Shown here in pieces: positions 1 to 10,051 of a DNA stretch of 64,000 nucleotides; the stretch's first letter is position 1; the number at the start of each line of letters is the position of its first letter. Origin of the DNA: an uncultured Chloroflexia bacterium (lineage in GTDB: Bacteria > Chloroflexota > Limnocylindria > Limnocylindrales > CSP1-4); contig CAWKHG010000004.1 in NCBI GenBank assembly GCA_963849405.1, forward strand, positions 37,094-101,093, read 5' to 3'. The position numbers and the translations under genes are program-made. A model generated the notes under the pieces. The model searched no databases. It worked only from the letters and a program-made list of their open reading frames with translations, and was not told the origin of the DNA.

Positions 1-393
1 CTCTACCGCGAGGGGCGGGACGAGGAGGCCATGGTCATGACCGAGCAGAGCGAGGAGATCGCCGCCGACGATGACGTCACCACCCAATACCTGTGGCGGA
101 GCGTCCGGGCCAAGCTCGTCGCCCGGCAGGGTCGGTTCGAGGAAGCGGAGTCGCTCGCGCGCGAGGCGATCCGGATCATCGAGGCGGCGCAGGACCCCGA
201 CTCGCAGGGGTACGCCTACATCGACCTGGCGGAAGTCCTCCGGATGGCCGGCCGGCCGGGAGACGCCGTCCGAGCCGCGGACGAATCGGCGGCCCGGTTC
301 GACCTGAAGGCCAACACGGAGTCGGCCGCCCGAGCCCGGAGGCTCAGGGCCGAGATCGAGGCGGAGTCAGCCGCCGGGCGGTCGTCTCTGTAG
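1..393 (+). CDS. C-terminal TPR-like region of a large protein (probably a cyclase/AAA-ATPase/TPR family member), partial at window start
   Basis: Open frame from the window edge to TAG at 391-393; helical TPR-like pattern (ARQGRFEEAESLAREAIRI; AYIDLAEVLRMAGRPGDA). Confidence 0.6.
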   Translation, partial: LYREGRDEEAMVMTEQSEEIAADDDVTTQYLWRSVRAKLVARQGRFEEAESLAREAIRIIEAAQDPDSQGYAYIDLAEVLRMAGRPGDAVRAADESAARFDLKANTESAARARRLRAEIEAESAAGRSSL

Positions 394-412
394 ACGCGCC
401 CGGCGGTGGCCG

Positions 413-1720
413 TCAGTCGCCGCAGCCAGCGTGGCTGGGCGGGGGCGTGGGAGCCGGGGCCGGGACGGTGGCCAGGCTGTCGGCCGGCAGGGGAGCCGTC
501 CAGACCGTCGAGACCGGGCCGTCCGCGGCGGTCGGCCAGCGGATGCCGAGGCCGTAGAGCGTGCCGCCCTGGACGATCGCGATGTGGATGGCCGCGCGGT
601 TGAACTGGGCCTCTTCCTTCATCTTCGACCACTGCCGGCCGTCGGGCGACGTCCAGGTGACCCCGAAGATCTCCGGAATCGCCGACCGCGCAGCCCGTGC
701 CGGTGACGCGCTCGCCGAGGCCGATGAAGCCCGCGTCCACAGGAAGGACCGCGTTGAGACCGTCGATGTCTGGCGAGACGACACTCCGCCACGCGACGCC
801 GTCCGCAGAGGTCCAGCCAAGCGACTGGGTGCAGTCCGACCCGCATCCGAACAGGAAGTAGCCGCGCGCACCCTGGACGGCGTTCTTCACGTGTCCGCCG
901 CTCGACGACTTCGGTAGGACGCGGACCTTGTGCCAGCCGGCCGTCCCGATCGACTGCCACATCTCGAGGGGGGTCTTCTCGTCCATCTGGTCGGTGAAGG
1001 CGGTGGCGCCGCCCTGCGACACGATCATGGCGGGCCGGCCCGGTGAGTCGAATGGCGTACCCGGGAATTCGGTGACGTCGACCGGTCCGGCGAGGTAGCT
1101 CACGTTGCCCTCGGCCGTGGCTCGGAGGAGCCACAGCTGACCGGGAGTGAGGCCGGTGGTCTCGACGCGCTTCCAGGTCGTGCCGTCCGTCGATGTCCAG
1201 GTCGGGCTGAGGTAGCTGTCGTCGGAAGAGCAGATAGCCCTCGCCGTAGGCGACGAGCCCCGGGCCGCCGATCGTGACGGCCTTGACGGACGTGACTTCG
1301 CCGGCCGTGTTCGGCAGCTCGGTCTTCGTCCAGTGGAGCAGGTCGCGAGAGGTCCAGACTTCGGCCTCGTCCGACGCATTGATGGGCAGGACGAACAGGT
1401 CGCCGAGCTTCGTCCAGGTCATGTTCAGCTGCGCCTGACATGTCCTGCCAGTCGCCGGTGGCGGGCGTCGCCTTGTCGGGCGATCGGTGCCAGGCGAGGA
1501 CGAGGGGCGACGGCTTGGGCGTGGGTGTCGGCGATGGGTTGGCCGACGGGGGTATCGAGGGTGAGCCGGATGGTGGGGCTGAGCTGGGCTCGGCGGACGG
1601 CGACGGGGGCGCCGACACGCTGGGCGCGCCGGTCGGCGTGGCCGCCGAGCAGGACGCGAGGACGACGATGGACAGGGTGACCGCAAGGGCCCCGAGTACG
1701 GGGCGGTCGATGAGTTTCAT
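413..1720 (-). CDS. Lipoprotein with Pro/Ser linker and WxSxDGxxW beta-propeller repeats (frameshifted)
   Basis: Start MKLIDRPVLGALAVTLSIVVLASC (lipobox LASC); repeats WTSRDLLHW, WTSTDGTTW, WTSADGVAW, WTSPDGRQW spread over several frames. Confidence 0.7.
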
Positions 1721-1729
1721 GCCGCTACC

Positions 1730-1755
1730 GACGCCTTCCCGATCCAGCGTGTTGC
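1730..1755 (-). promoter_or_regulatory. Putative ECF-sigma promoter GCAAC-N17-CGTC
   Basis: Minus strand reads GCAAC acgctggatcgggaagg CGTC, 9 nt before the ATG at 1720. Confidence 0.45.
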
Positions 1756-1930
1756 GGCTTCGATCGTCGCACGGCCCCGTTGTCGCCAAGCCGACAGACT
1801 GGCATGCCGCCGCCGACCGGAGAGGGCCGCCGCGGCCGTGATCCAGGGCGTGTCCAGGGCCGAACCCCGGTTGTGCGTCACACTTGGGACGCCGTTTCGG
1901 CAGTCGCGTCGGCGGCAGGGGAGGCACTGC

Positions 1931-2641
1931 GTGGAGTGGGTCGGGGATCTCGAGCGGGCGTTCGCCACCGCCATCTATCCGAACCTCGTCGCTGTCGTCA
2001 TCGTCGGGGTCCTCCTCGCCATCGGCCTGGCCGTTGCGGCCTGGCGAGGGCGCTGGGACCAGGTCGCTCGCCGACACTCGCGCGCCACGCTCGCGATCGG
2101 CGTCATCGGTCTCGCCGTCGTCCTCCCGACCGCCTGGTACCTGGGATCGCCCCTGTTCACGTCGACCACGATCGACGAGCCGGCGCCCGTGATCGCCGCC
2201 GTGGCGTCGCCCGCGCCCTCCGTCCCGCCAACAGCGGGGACGACAGTCGCGCCGTCGGCCTCGCCGGGCGCCTCGGTGAGCCCCATCGCGACCGCGAGCC
2301 CAACGTCTGCTCCGGCACTCCTCGCCCGATCCGGCATGTTCCATGGGATGGACGACTTCCATTTCGGTCGCGGGACCGCGCGGCTCATCGAGACCTCGCC
2401 GGGCTCGTTCACCGTCCGGCTCGAGGGCTTTGCCGTCCGCAACGGGCCCGACCTGTACATCTACCTGTCCCCGTCCGCGAAGGGGTACGACCGGGACTCG
2501 ATCGAGATCGGCCGGCTGAAGGCGGACAAGGGGAACCAGAACTACCCGCTCAAGGCCGGCACCGACGTCACGACGGCCCGCAGTGTCGTGATCTGGTGCA
2601 AGCAGTTCGCCGTCCTGTTCGCGACGGCGCCGCTGGATTGA
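1931..2641 (+). CDS. Membrane-anchored DM13 domain protein
   Basis: Two N-terminal TM segments, Pro/Ser linker, DM13 signature (GMFHGMDDFHFGRG; NGPDLYIYLS; LKADKGNQNY; SVVIWCKQF); AGGGGAGG before GTG 1931. Confidence 0.85.
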   Translation: MEWVGDLERAFATAIYPNLVAVVIVGVLLAIGLAVAAWRGRWDQVARRHSRATLAIGVIGLAVVLPTAWYLGSPLFTSTTIDEPAPVIAAVASPAPSVPPTAGTTVAPSASPGASVSPIATASPTSAPALLARSGMFHGMDDFHFGRGTARLIETSPGSFTVRLEGFAVRNGPDLYIYLSPSAKGYDRDSIEIGRLKADKGNQNYPLKAGTDVTTARSVVIWCKQFAVLFATAPLD

Positions 2642-2644
2642 CCC

Positions 2645-3055
2645 TCACGAACCCCGGCGCGTAGCGACGCCGGCCAGGCCGCGGCCCATGGTCCAGGCGG
2701 CCGTCGCGACCACGGCGACTCCGAGCCACTGGACGGACGGCGGTAGCGAGCCACGGTCGAAGACCACCGTCAGGGCGGCGAAGACCGCGAGCGCCAAACC
2801 GATCTCGAGGCCGGCCGACCCGCGACGGGCCTCGTCGTCGGCCGGCGGCGGCCGAGGAGGACCGGGCGCGAACGGCAGGCGCCGCTCCAGGGCCGCGCTC
2901 GCGACGAACAACGCGGCGACGTAGGCTGCCACCAGCAGGGCGAACGTCGCCCATCTGTCGGCGGTCCCGGATCGGGCGACGGCAACGGTCACCAGAGCGA
3001 GGAAGGCGACCGTCTCCTCGAGGAATGCCAGCCAGTCCGCCCGCCGGGTCGTCAT
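2645..3055 (-). CDS. Hypothetical integral membrane protein (about 4 TM)
   Basis: 136-aa ORF with four hydrophobic stretches, filling the gap between neighbours. Confidence 0.6.
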   Translation of the reverse strand: MTTRRADWLAFLEETVAFLALVTVAVARSGTADRWATFALLVAAYVAALFVASAALERRLPFAPGPPRPPPADDEARRGSAGLEIGLALAVFAALTVVFDRGSLPPSVQWLGVAVVATAAWTMGRGLAGVATRRGS

Positions 3056-3075
3056 CGCACCGCGAGTATGCCCAC

Positions 3076-3105
3076 TTGAACGAATCGAATCGGCCGGACG
3101 TCAGA
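3076..3105 (+). promoter_or_regulatory. Putative ECF promoter TTGAACG-N16-CGTCAGA
   Basis: Same -35/-10 words as upstream of the ECF gene at 6551; ATG follows at 3112. Confidence 0.6.
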
Positions 3106-3111
3106 CATGCG

Positions 3112-4322
3112 ATGAAGCATGCTCGACTCGGGCTCGCGATCCTGCTGGCGATCGCGGGCTGCACCGGTTCCACCCTGGCCCCGACCGCCCCGCCAACGGC
3201 ACCCCCGTCCGCCGGTCCGACGGCGGCCGCGAGCCCAACGCCGTCCGTGGCCCCGCCCACGGCTGCCGCCCTCGACGAGCCCTCCGACGCTGTCGCCCGC
3301 GACGCCGCCACCGTCCGCGCCGCCCGCTGGGCCGACCCTGGCCCAGCTCGTCGGCCAGAAGCTGATCGTGCGGATGAGCGGCACGACACCGAGCTCCGCC
3401 CTGCTCGGGCGGGTTCGTCGCGGCGAGGTCGGCGGGGTCATCCTGTTCGGCGCGAACATCACCACCCGGGCGGCCCTCATCGCGCTCACCACGAAGCTAC
3501 GCGACGCGGCGGCGGCCGGCGGCCAACCGCCGCTCATCATCGCCGTCGACCAGGAGGGCGGCGGGATCAAGCGGATCCCGTGGGCGCCGCCGACGATGAC
3601 CGTGCCGGCCATGGGCAGCAACGGGGACCCGTCGGTCGCGAACGCCCAGGGCGCCAGCACCGGGGCGGCGCTCCGGGGCCTCGGCATCAACGTGGATCTG
3701 GCGCCGGTCGCCGACGTGCCCGCTTCGAAGTCCTCGTTCATGTACCAGGACGGCCGCACGTTCTCGTTCGACGCGTCGGTCACGGCGTCCCTGGCCGACG
3801 CCTTCGCCTCGGGGCTTCAGTCGGGCGGCGTCCTGCCGACGATGAAGCACTTCCCGGGGATCGGCTTCGCGACGGCGAACACCGATTCGAGCGTCGTGAC
3901 GATCAACGCGTCGGCCGCCGCCCTCGACCCGGGACTCCAGCCCGTACCGGGCGGCGATCGGCGCACCAGATCCCGCTGATCATGCTGTCGAACGCCACGT
4001 ATCCGGCCTGGGATCCCGCCAACGCGGCCGGTTGGTCGGCCTCGATCGTCGAGACGCTGCTGCGGCGCGACCTGGGCTTCACCGGCGTGACGATGACCGA
4101 TTCGCTCGACGGCGCGGCCGCGGCGCGCCACCTGCACGAGCGCGAGCTGGCCGTCCGGGCCGCGATGGCCGGCACCGACATCCTCCTGACGACCGGCTCC
4201 GAAGGGACGACCAGCGAACACCTACGCGTCGCTCCTCGCCGCCGCACGGGACGGCTCGATCCCGACCGCCACCCTGCGTGCGTCGTACGACCGGATCCTC
4301 GCCCTCAAGGCGGGTCTCTGAG
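3112..4322 (+). CDS. Glycoside hydrolase family 3 N-terminal domain lipoprotein (beta-N-acetylhexosaminidase-like; frameshifted)
   Basis: Lipobox IAGC; GH3 motifs GGVILF, AVDQEGG, DLAPVADV, KHFPGIG, LRRDLGFTGVTMTDSL, AGTDILL. Confidence 0.85.
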
Positions 4323-4404
4323 ACACCGGCGCGATCCGCGCGGGATAGCATCCGCGGTGCGGCCGGCCCATCGGTCGCTGACCCGTTGCCCAATCGAGGT
4401 CGTC

Positions 4405-4960
4405 ATGCGTCAGCTCGCCGGATTGATCCTGGTCCTGGTTCTCGGTGCCTGTTCGTCGGCCGCGACGAGCGCACCCGCCTCCAGCGGCAGCGGCCTCGTC
4501 CGCGCCCTCCTCGGCTCCGTCATCGGCTCCGTCATCGGCGCCAAGCTCCACGGCGCAGAGCTCGCCGCCCGCGGCCGGCGGTGTGCCCGCCGATCCCTGC
4601 GCGACGCTCACCGTGGAGGAGTTGCAGACGGTCACGGGGCTGGCCTTCCAGCCTGGCGTCAAGATCGTCGGTGCCACCGGCGCCGGATGCCAGTGGACCC
4701 AGCAGGGTGGCGACCACCTCGTCGCCGTCGCGTTCAAGGTGCTCGACTACGGCGTGTTCCAGGCGAACGGGCAGAACCCTGGCTATAAGAGGGTGCAGGG
4801 CGTCGGCGACGAGGCCTATCTGATCCCGCAACTCCCTGGGATCGACGTCGCGAAGGGCAACCTGGAGTTCACCGTGGGCCTGAACAAGTTCGGGACGGCG
4901 GACTGGCAGAAGATCACGACCGAACTGGCCAAGCTCGTCGCCGCTCGCGTCACCGGCTAG
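4405..4960 (+). CDS. Lipoprotein, DUF3558-like (frameshifted)
   Basis: [16 protein letters not shown] lipobox, Ser/Pro linker, then DPCATLT...GCQW...VQGVGDEAY pattern. Confidence 0.6.
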
Positions 4961-4972
4961 GCAGGCGAGAGG

Positions 4973-6488
4973 TCAGCCGCGGCGGCGGTTCACGCGGCGG
5001 TGCGGGGCGTCGTCGCCCGCGGCGGAGGGATCCGGCGGAGGCGGCAGCTCGGGCAGCGTCTCCTGCTCGCGCATGCCGGAGCGGATGATGCGCCGTAGCT
5101 CCTCGTCGATCGCCGGGTCCGTCGCGAGAGGCTTGTAGGCGGCCAGCCGCCGATCCACCTCGACCGCCGCCCGCTGAGCGGCATCGAGGCCGCCCTTGCG
5201 CAGCCACGCCTCGCGGTTGTCGCGGTCCACGACGGCGCTGGCAGGTACAGCTCGTCGGCCAGTTCGCCAGCGTGTGGTCGGCCATGATCAGGTGCTGGTC
5301 GGCCATGAGCGTCTTGATCAGGTCGGCGGTCGGCAGGTCGTCGATCGGGTGGACGTCGCGCACGAACTGGAGCGCCTGGCCGCACATCTCGTCGTCGAAG
5401 ACGAGCTTGGCCAGGCTGAACACGAGCACGAAGTCGAGCATCCCCGGGCCGGACACGGAGTTGACCCCGGCGAGCGCCGCGATGAGCGCGCTGCCGAACG
5501 TCTCGGCGCCGGCCTGGGCATCGAGGACCTTGCCGTCCGAGAGGGCCATGTACGCCTGGCAGGGCAGGTCGAGCGCCTTGGCCACGGCGACATACGCGGC
5601 GTCGAGGCGGAGGGCCTCCACGGCCGCCATCGGCGAGCTCGCGATCTTCATGTGGAACGTCGCCGGCGCCCCGCCGAACAGGACGGGCGTCCCGGGCCGG
5701 ACGATCTGGGCCATCGTGATGCCCGCCAGGACATCGACGGTGTGGAAGATCGTCGCGCCCACGATCGTCACGGGTGCGATGAGGCCCATGAGCGTGACCG
5801 GCACGATCTCGATCGCGATGCCGGCCTCGGCGCAGTCGATGATGTTCTGGCAGGAGTCCTCGCTGTACCGGAAGTTGCCGGTCGCGGTGACCGTGAAGAT
5901 GCTCATCGGGCGCGCGATGAGGTCGGCCCGGTCCGCCCGGAAGAGCTGCATCATCTCGACCATCCGCTCGACGCCGTGCTCCGTGAAGGCGCCCGATACG
6001 ACCGGCTTGCGCGAGCCGGTCAGGCACATGTAGAGCCGCCACGCGTCGGAGACCTGGGCCTCGATGTCGGCGTTGGTCGAGAACGCCGTGGCCAGGTACG
6101 GGATGTTCGGCAGGCCGTCGGCGAGCCGGACGTACTCCACGAAGTCGGTCGAGTTCGCCAGGCGCGTCTCGCCGGTCCGATGGTCGAGGACCTTGAGCCC
6201 GCTCGAGCCGGGGACGAAGTGGACCCGATCGCCGCCGATGTCGGCGTGCGGGTTGCCGTCGCGGTCGAAGAGCGTGAATGAGCTCGGCGCGGTCTCGATG
6301 GCCTTCTCGACCACGTCGCGCGGGAAGAGCACCCGCCCGTTCGCGTCCTGCGGCAGCCCGTGATCCAGCAGTCGCTGGCGCATGGCCGGCCCGCGGACCT
6401 CCATGCCGACCTCGGCCAGGATCCGCTTCGCCTCGTCGAGGATCCGGGCGATGAGGTCGGGGTCGAGGATCGTCAGGGTGGGTCGCAT
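4973..6488 (-). CDS. Trimethylamine methyltransferase family protein (MttB superfamily, non-pyrrolysine); C-terminal frameshift
   Basis: RILAEVGM...GRVLFPR...[10 protein letters not shown]; APVTIVG; PGTPVLFG; [12 protein letters not shown]; GMLD...[11 protein letters not shown]. Confidence 0.9.
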
Positions 6489-6550
6489 GGGCGACCTCAG
6501 GATACGAGGGCGTGCACGGCCGCGGCGTCATGTCCCACTGCCGTGCCGTT

Positions 6551-6581
6551 TTGAACGTTTCGCCCATCATGGATCGTCAGA
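6551..6581 (+). promoter_or_regulatory. Putative autoregulatory ECF promoter TTGAACG-N17-CGTCAGA
   Basis: AAC...CGTC architecture typical of ECF promoters, directly before the in-frame ATG at 6587. Confidence 0.6.
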
Positions 6582-6586
6582 ACGGC

Positions 6587-7192
6587 ATGTTGCACATGGA
6601 AGGCGAGGTATCGATCCGCGTGGCTGGTAGCTCCGACCGTGGCCAGACCGCCCGCGCGGCGGCATTCGCCGGCCTGGTCGACCGCCGGGCGCTCGATGCG
6701 GCCTATCGCTACGCGACCCTCATGCTGGGCGATCGGAGCGAGGCCGAGGACGCCACGCACGACGCCGCGCTCACGGCCTGGCGGCGGTTCGCGGACCTGC
6801 GCGACATCGACCGCTTCGATGCCTGGTTCGGGCGGATCCTCGTCAACACCTGTCGCGACCGGCTTCGATCCCGGAAGCGCACGCCGTTGAGCCTCGACGT
6901 CGGTGCGCCCACGGGCGACGGAGAATCGTCGCCGGCATACGGGGCGAACCTCGCCTCCGCCGACCAGGCCGACGCGATCGTCCGTCGCGAGGCGCTCGGC
7001 ACGGCCCTGCGGACGCTCTCGCCGGACCATCGCGAGATCGTCGTCCTCCGCTTCTACTTCGACCTCACCGTGGACCAGATCGCCGCCCGGACGGGCGTCG
7101 GCGCCGGCACGGTCAAGTCCCGCCTCCACTACGCGCTGCGTCACCTCCGCTCGGCCGTCGAGCCGAGCCTCGAAGGGAGCTCCGACCGATGA
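6587..7192 (+). CDS. ECF RNA polymerase sigma factor
   Basis: Region 2 (AEDATHDAALTAWRR...FDAWFGRILVNTCRD) and region 4 (LSPDHREIVVLRFY...QIAARTG...GTVKSRLHYA). Confidence 0.92.
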   Translation: MLHMEGEVSIRVAGSSDRGQTARAAAFAGLVDRRALDAAYRYATLMLGDRSEAEDATHDAALTAWRRFADLRDIDRFDAWFGRILVNTCRDRLRSRKRTPLSLDVGAPTGDGESSPAYGANLASADQADAIVRREALGTALRTLSPDHREIVVLRFYFDLTVDQIAARTGVGAGTVKSRLHYALRHLRSAVEPSLEGSSDR

Positions 7193-8604
7193 ACCACGAC
7201 GAGTCGTTGGAGGCCGAGGTGCGGGCGACGCTCGAGGGCATGGCCCGCGAGCCCGCTCCGGACCGGCTGGTCTCGCGGGTCGCCGCGATCCCGAGCCAGG
7301 AGCCGGTGGCTGTCGCCTCGGGCGCGCGGTCCCGCCCGCCGTTCCTGAACGTCGTCTCGGGGCTCGCCGCGATCGCCGCCGTCCTGGCCATCGCCGTCGC
7401 GGCCGTCGTGCTGCGGTCGGGCGAGGTCCCGGGCGTCGGCACCTCACCATCGGCGCCGGTATTGCCGTCCAGTGCGGCCACGGATCAGCCGTCCACCTCC
7501 GCGCCCGTGTCCACGCCCGTGCCCTCGAACCTCGTCCTGGTGCCGACGCCCGTCCCCACCCCGGTGACGACCCCGGCGGTCGCAGGCGACAAGGTCCCGA
7601 CCGGCTTCCGGCCCATATCCGTGACGTTCGTCTCGGCCGACGACGGCTGGGTCCTCGGCAGCGCTCCCTGCGCGGCCGGTCGTTGCCCGGCCATCGCCCG
7701 GACCCGCGACGGCGGCAAGACATGGACGAACATCCCGGCGCCGGGCACGACGATCGGCACGACGGGCCAGCAGGACACGAACGCGCGAGGCATCGCCGGC
7801 CTGCGCTTCGCCACTGCCCGCGACGGTTGGGCCTTCGGGCCTGACCTGTGGGCGACGCACGATGGCGGTGTCACGTGGAAGCGCCTCGACCCGTTCGCGG
7901 GCGGGGCCATCGTGGCCCTGGCGAGCGCTCGCGGGACCGTGCACGCGGTCGCGTATGACGGGGATCACGACTACCGGATCGCCTCGGCCCCCATCGCCGG
8001 GGACGCTTGGACGGTCTCGCCACTCAGCGTTCCAGTCGGCGGAGGACCGGTCCCGGCCATCCAACTGGTCCTGTCCGGCGATGCCGGCTGGGTCCTCGAG
8101 AACGACCGCGTCTCCGTGGAGGGCGCGCGGCTCGTCGGCTCGACCTGGCGCGCGTGGGATCCGGCCTGCCTCGACGAGACCGCGGCGGCCTACCTCGCGG
8201 CCTCCAGCGCGGCCAACGTCGTCGCGGCCTGCGACCTGGGCGTGTGGGGACCACCGCCGGCCGGCACGACCGCGGGCGGCCACCTGTACGTCTCGCACGA
8301 CGGCGGGGTCACGTTCGCGAAGACCGGCCCGACGATGCCGTTCGCCCTGGGGCAGGTCGTCGCGACGCCCGGCACGAGCACGATCGTCGTCGCCGGGAGC
8401 ATCGGGAGCACGAGGTACCTCGAGGGCTCGTTCGATGGCGGCAAGACCTGGGCCGCGGTCCACGACGCGGGGACGGCCGACCTGAGCGAGCTCGGCTTCA
8501 CGACCACGGAGCAGGGCGTCGCCATCACGACGGCGTCGAGCGGCGCCAGCCACCTCCTCATGACCCGCGACGGGGGCCACACCTGGACGCCGGTCACCTT
8601 CTGA
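7189..8604 (+). CDS. Probable anti-sigma factor: short cytoplasmic domain, one TM, extracellular BNR/Asp-box beta-propeller
   Basis: ATGA overlap with the sigma gene; TM helix; five Asp-boxes TRDGGKTW, THDGGVTW, SHDGGVTF, SFDGGKTW, TRDGGHTW. Confidence 0.8.
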   Translation: MNHDESLEAEVRATLEGMAREPAPDRLVSRVAAIPSQEPVAVASGARSRPPFLNVVSGLAAIAAVLAIAVAAVVLRSGEVPGVGTSPSAPVLPSSAATDQPSTSAPVSTPVPSNLVLVPTPVPTPVTTPAVAGDKVPTGFRPISVTFVSADDGWVLGSAPCAAGRCPAIARTRDGGKTWTNIPAPGTTIGTTGQQDTNARGIAGLRFATARDGWAFGPDLWATHDGGVTWKRLDPFAGGAIVALASARGTVHAVAYDGDHDYRIASAPIAGDAWTVSPLSVPVGGGPVPAIQLVLSGDAGWVLENDRVSVEGARLVGSTWRAWDPACLDETAAAYLAASSAANVVAACDLGVWGPPPAGTTAGGHLYVSHDGGVTFAKTGPTMPFALGQVVATPGTSTIVVAGSIGSTRYLEGSFDGGKTWAAVHDAGTADLSELGFTTTEQGVAITTASSGASHLLMTRDGGHTWTPVTF

Positions 8605-8665
8605 CCGACCCGCCAGCGTCGGGCTCGTAACCAGCCCGAAAGGTCGCCCGGTCGAGACTGCCGTC

Positions 8666-9004
8666 ATGAACGGCACACCACGACCCTCGATCGAGGCCCG
8701 GACCAGGGCGCTGGCACGACTGCGGTCGCTCACGATCGGAACCGCGGTCGCCGGGTTCGCCGGCGTCGCGGGCTTCGGCGCCATCGCCTCGATGACCTAC
8801 TCGGGAGCCCCGTCGACGACCGTCGCCGCCGCAGGCAGCACGACCACCGTCGTGACCTCGACCGCCTCGAACGACGACGAGGACGAGGCCGAGGACGTCG
8901 AGGAGTCGGACGACACGACGACCACGACCACGACCCAGCTGAAAGCCGCCGCCACGCCGACCCCGACCCGAGCGCCGGCCCACGTGACCACCGGCTCCTC
9001 GTGA
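8666..9004 (+). CDS. Small membrane-anchored acidic/Thr-rich protein, candidate ApbE flavinylation substrate
   Basis: Basic N-terminus, one TM, low-complexity stalk, C-terminal HVTTGSS; stop overlaps the apbE start (GTGA). Confidence 0.7.
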   Translation: MNGTPRPSIEARTRALARLRSLTIGTAVAGFAGVAGFGAIASMTYSGAPSTTVAAAGSTTTVVTSTASNDDEDEAEDVEESDDTTTTTTTQLKAAATPTPTRAPAHVTTGSS

Positions 9005-9965
9005 GCATCGCGGCCGCCGAGTGGCGGGCGCTCGGCACCGGCGTCCACGTTCTGGCCTTCGAGGGCGAGCTCGAGCCGGCCCATCGGGCCGTCGTCGAGC
9101 TCCTCGATGACGTCGACCGCGCCTACAGTCGCTTCCGCCCCGACAGCGAGCTCAGCCGCCTCAACGCCATGGGAGGCCGGCCGATGGCCGTCAGCCCGCT
9201 GTTCGGCCAGGCGATCGAAGCGGCCCTCCGGGCCGGGCGCCTCAGCGACGGACTCGTCGACCCGACCGTGGGGCGGGCGATGCGGGCCGTCGGCTACGAC
9301 CGAGACTTCGGCCGGGCCATGACCAACTCCGACCCGCTCGTCCTGCGCCTCGAACCGGTGCCCGGCTGGCAGTCCGTCGCCTGGGATCCCGTCCGGCGCG
9401 TCGTGTCGCTCCGGCGCGGTGTCGAGCTCGACCTCGGGCTCGACCGGCAAGGCGCTCGCGGCCGACCTGTGCGCGGCAGCCGCCCTCGCTGCGATGGGTC
9501 GCGGCGGCATCCTCGTCAGCCTCGGTGGCGACATCGCGACCGCCGGCGCAGTGCCGGAGGGTGGGTGGCGCGTCCTCGCGGCAGACGACAGCGCGACTCC
9601 CACCGACGCCAGCGGCGAGGTGATCGCGATCCAGGGCGGCGCGCTGGCGACCTCCGGCACGACCTCCCGACGCTGGACCCGTGGCGGGATCGACCTCCAT
9701 CACATCATCGATCCCCGGACCGGGCTCCCGGCCGACGGTCCGTGGCGGACCGCCTCGGTCGTGGCCGCCGACGTGCGTCGACGCGAACATCGCGGCCACC
9801 GCGGCCATCGTCCGTGGCCGGTCCGCCGTCCCGTGGCTCGACGAGCTCGGCCTGCCCGCGCGGCTGGTGTCGACGTCGGGCCAGGTCGTTCGCGTGGGCG
9901 GGTGGCCGGCGCCGATCGCGGACCGGTCGGACGGCGCGGTCGCCGCGGTCGCCGCGAGCGCGTAA
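9001..9965 (+). CDS. apbE: FAD:protein FMN transferase ApbE (frameshifted)
   Basis: WRALGT; YSRFRPDSELSRLN; SDGLVDPTVG; LDLG.TGK; LVSLGGDI; ALATSG; HHIIDPRTG; ANIAATAA. Confidence 0.9.
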
Positions 9966-9980
9966 CCCAGCCGAAAGGCT

Positions 9981-10008
9981 TCTCAGCCGAGACTCAGGAC
10001 GACGCCAG
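9981..10008 (+). promoter_or_regulatory. Direct repeats TCTCAG-N5-ACTCAG-N5-CGCCAG, possible OmpR-family response-regulator box
   Basis: 11-bp periodicity in the apbE/ferric-reductase spacer; resembles the mycobacterial MprA-type box. Confidence 0.35.
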
Positions 10009-10051
10009 GACACGGACCGGCAATACCGCAACCGACGGAGGAGATGACCCG

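Noticed and set aside
1875-1910. Second GTCACA-type ECF promoter upstream of the DM13 gene
   Set aside because: Shares GCGTCACAC with the 17896 site but has no CGTC at the 16-nt spacing.
4973-6488. Pyrrolysine-containing MttB
   Set aside because: No in-frame TAG in the conserved region and no pyl genes in the window; the break near 5250 is a frameshift.
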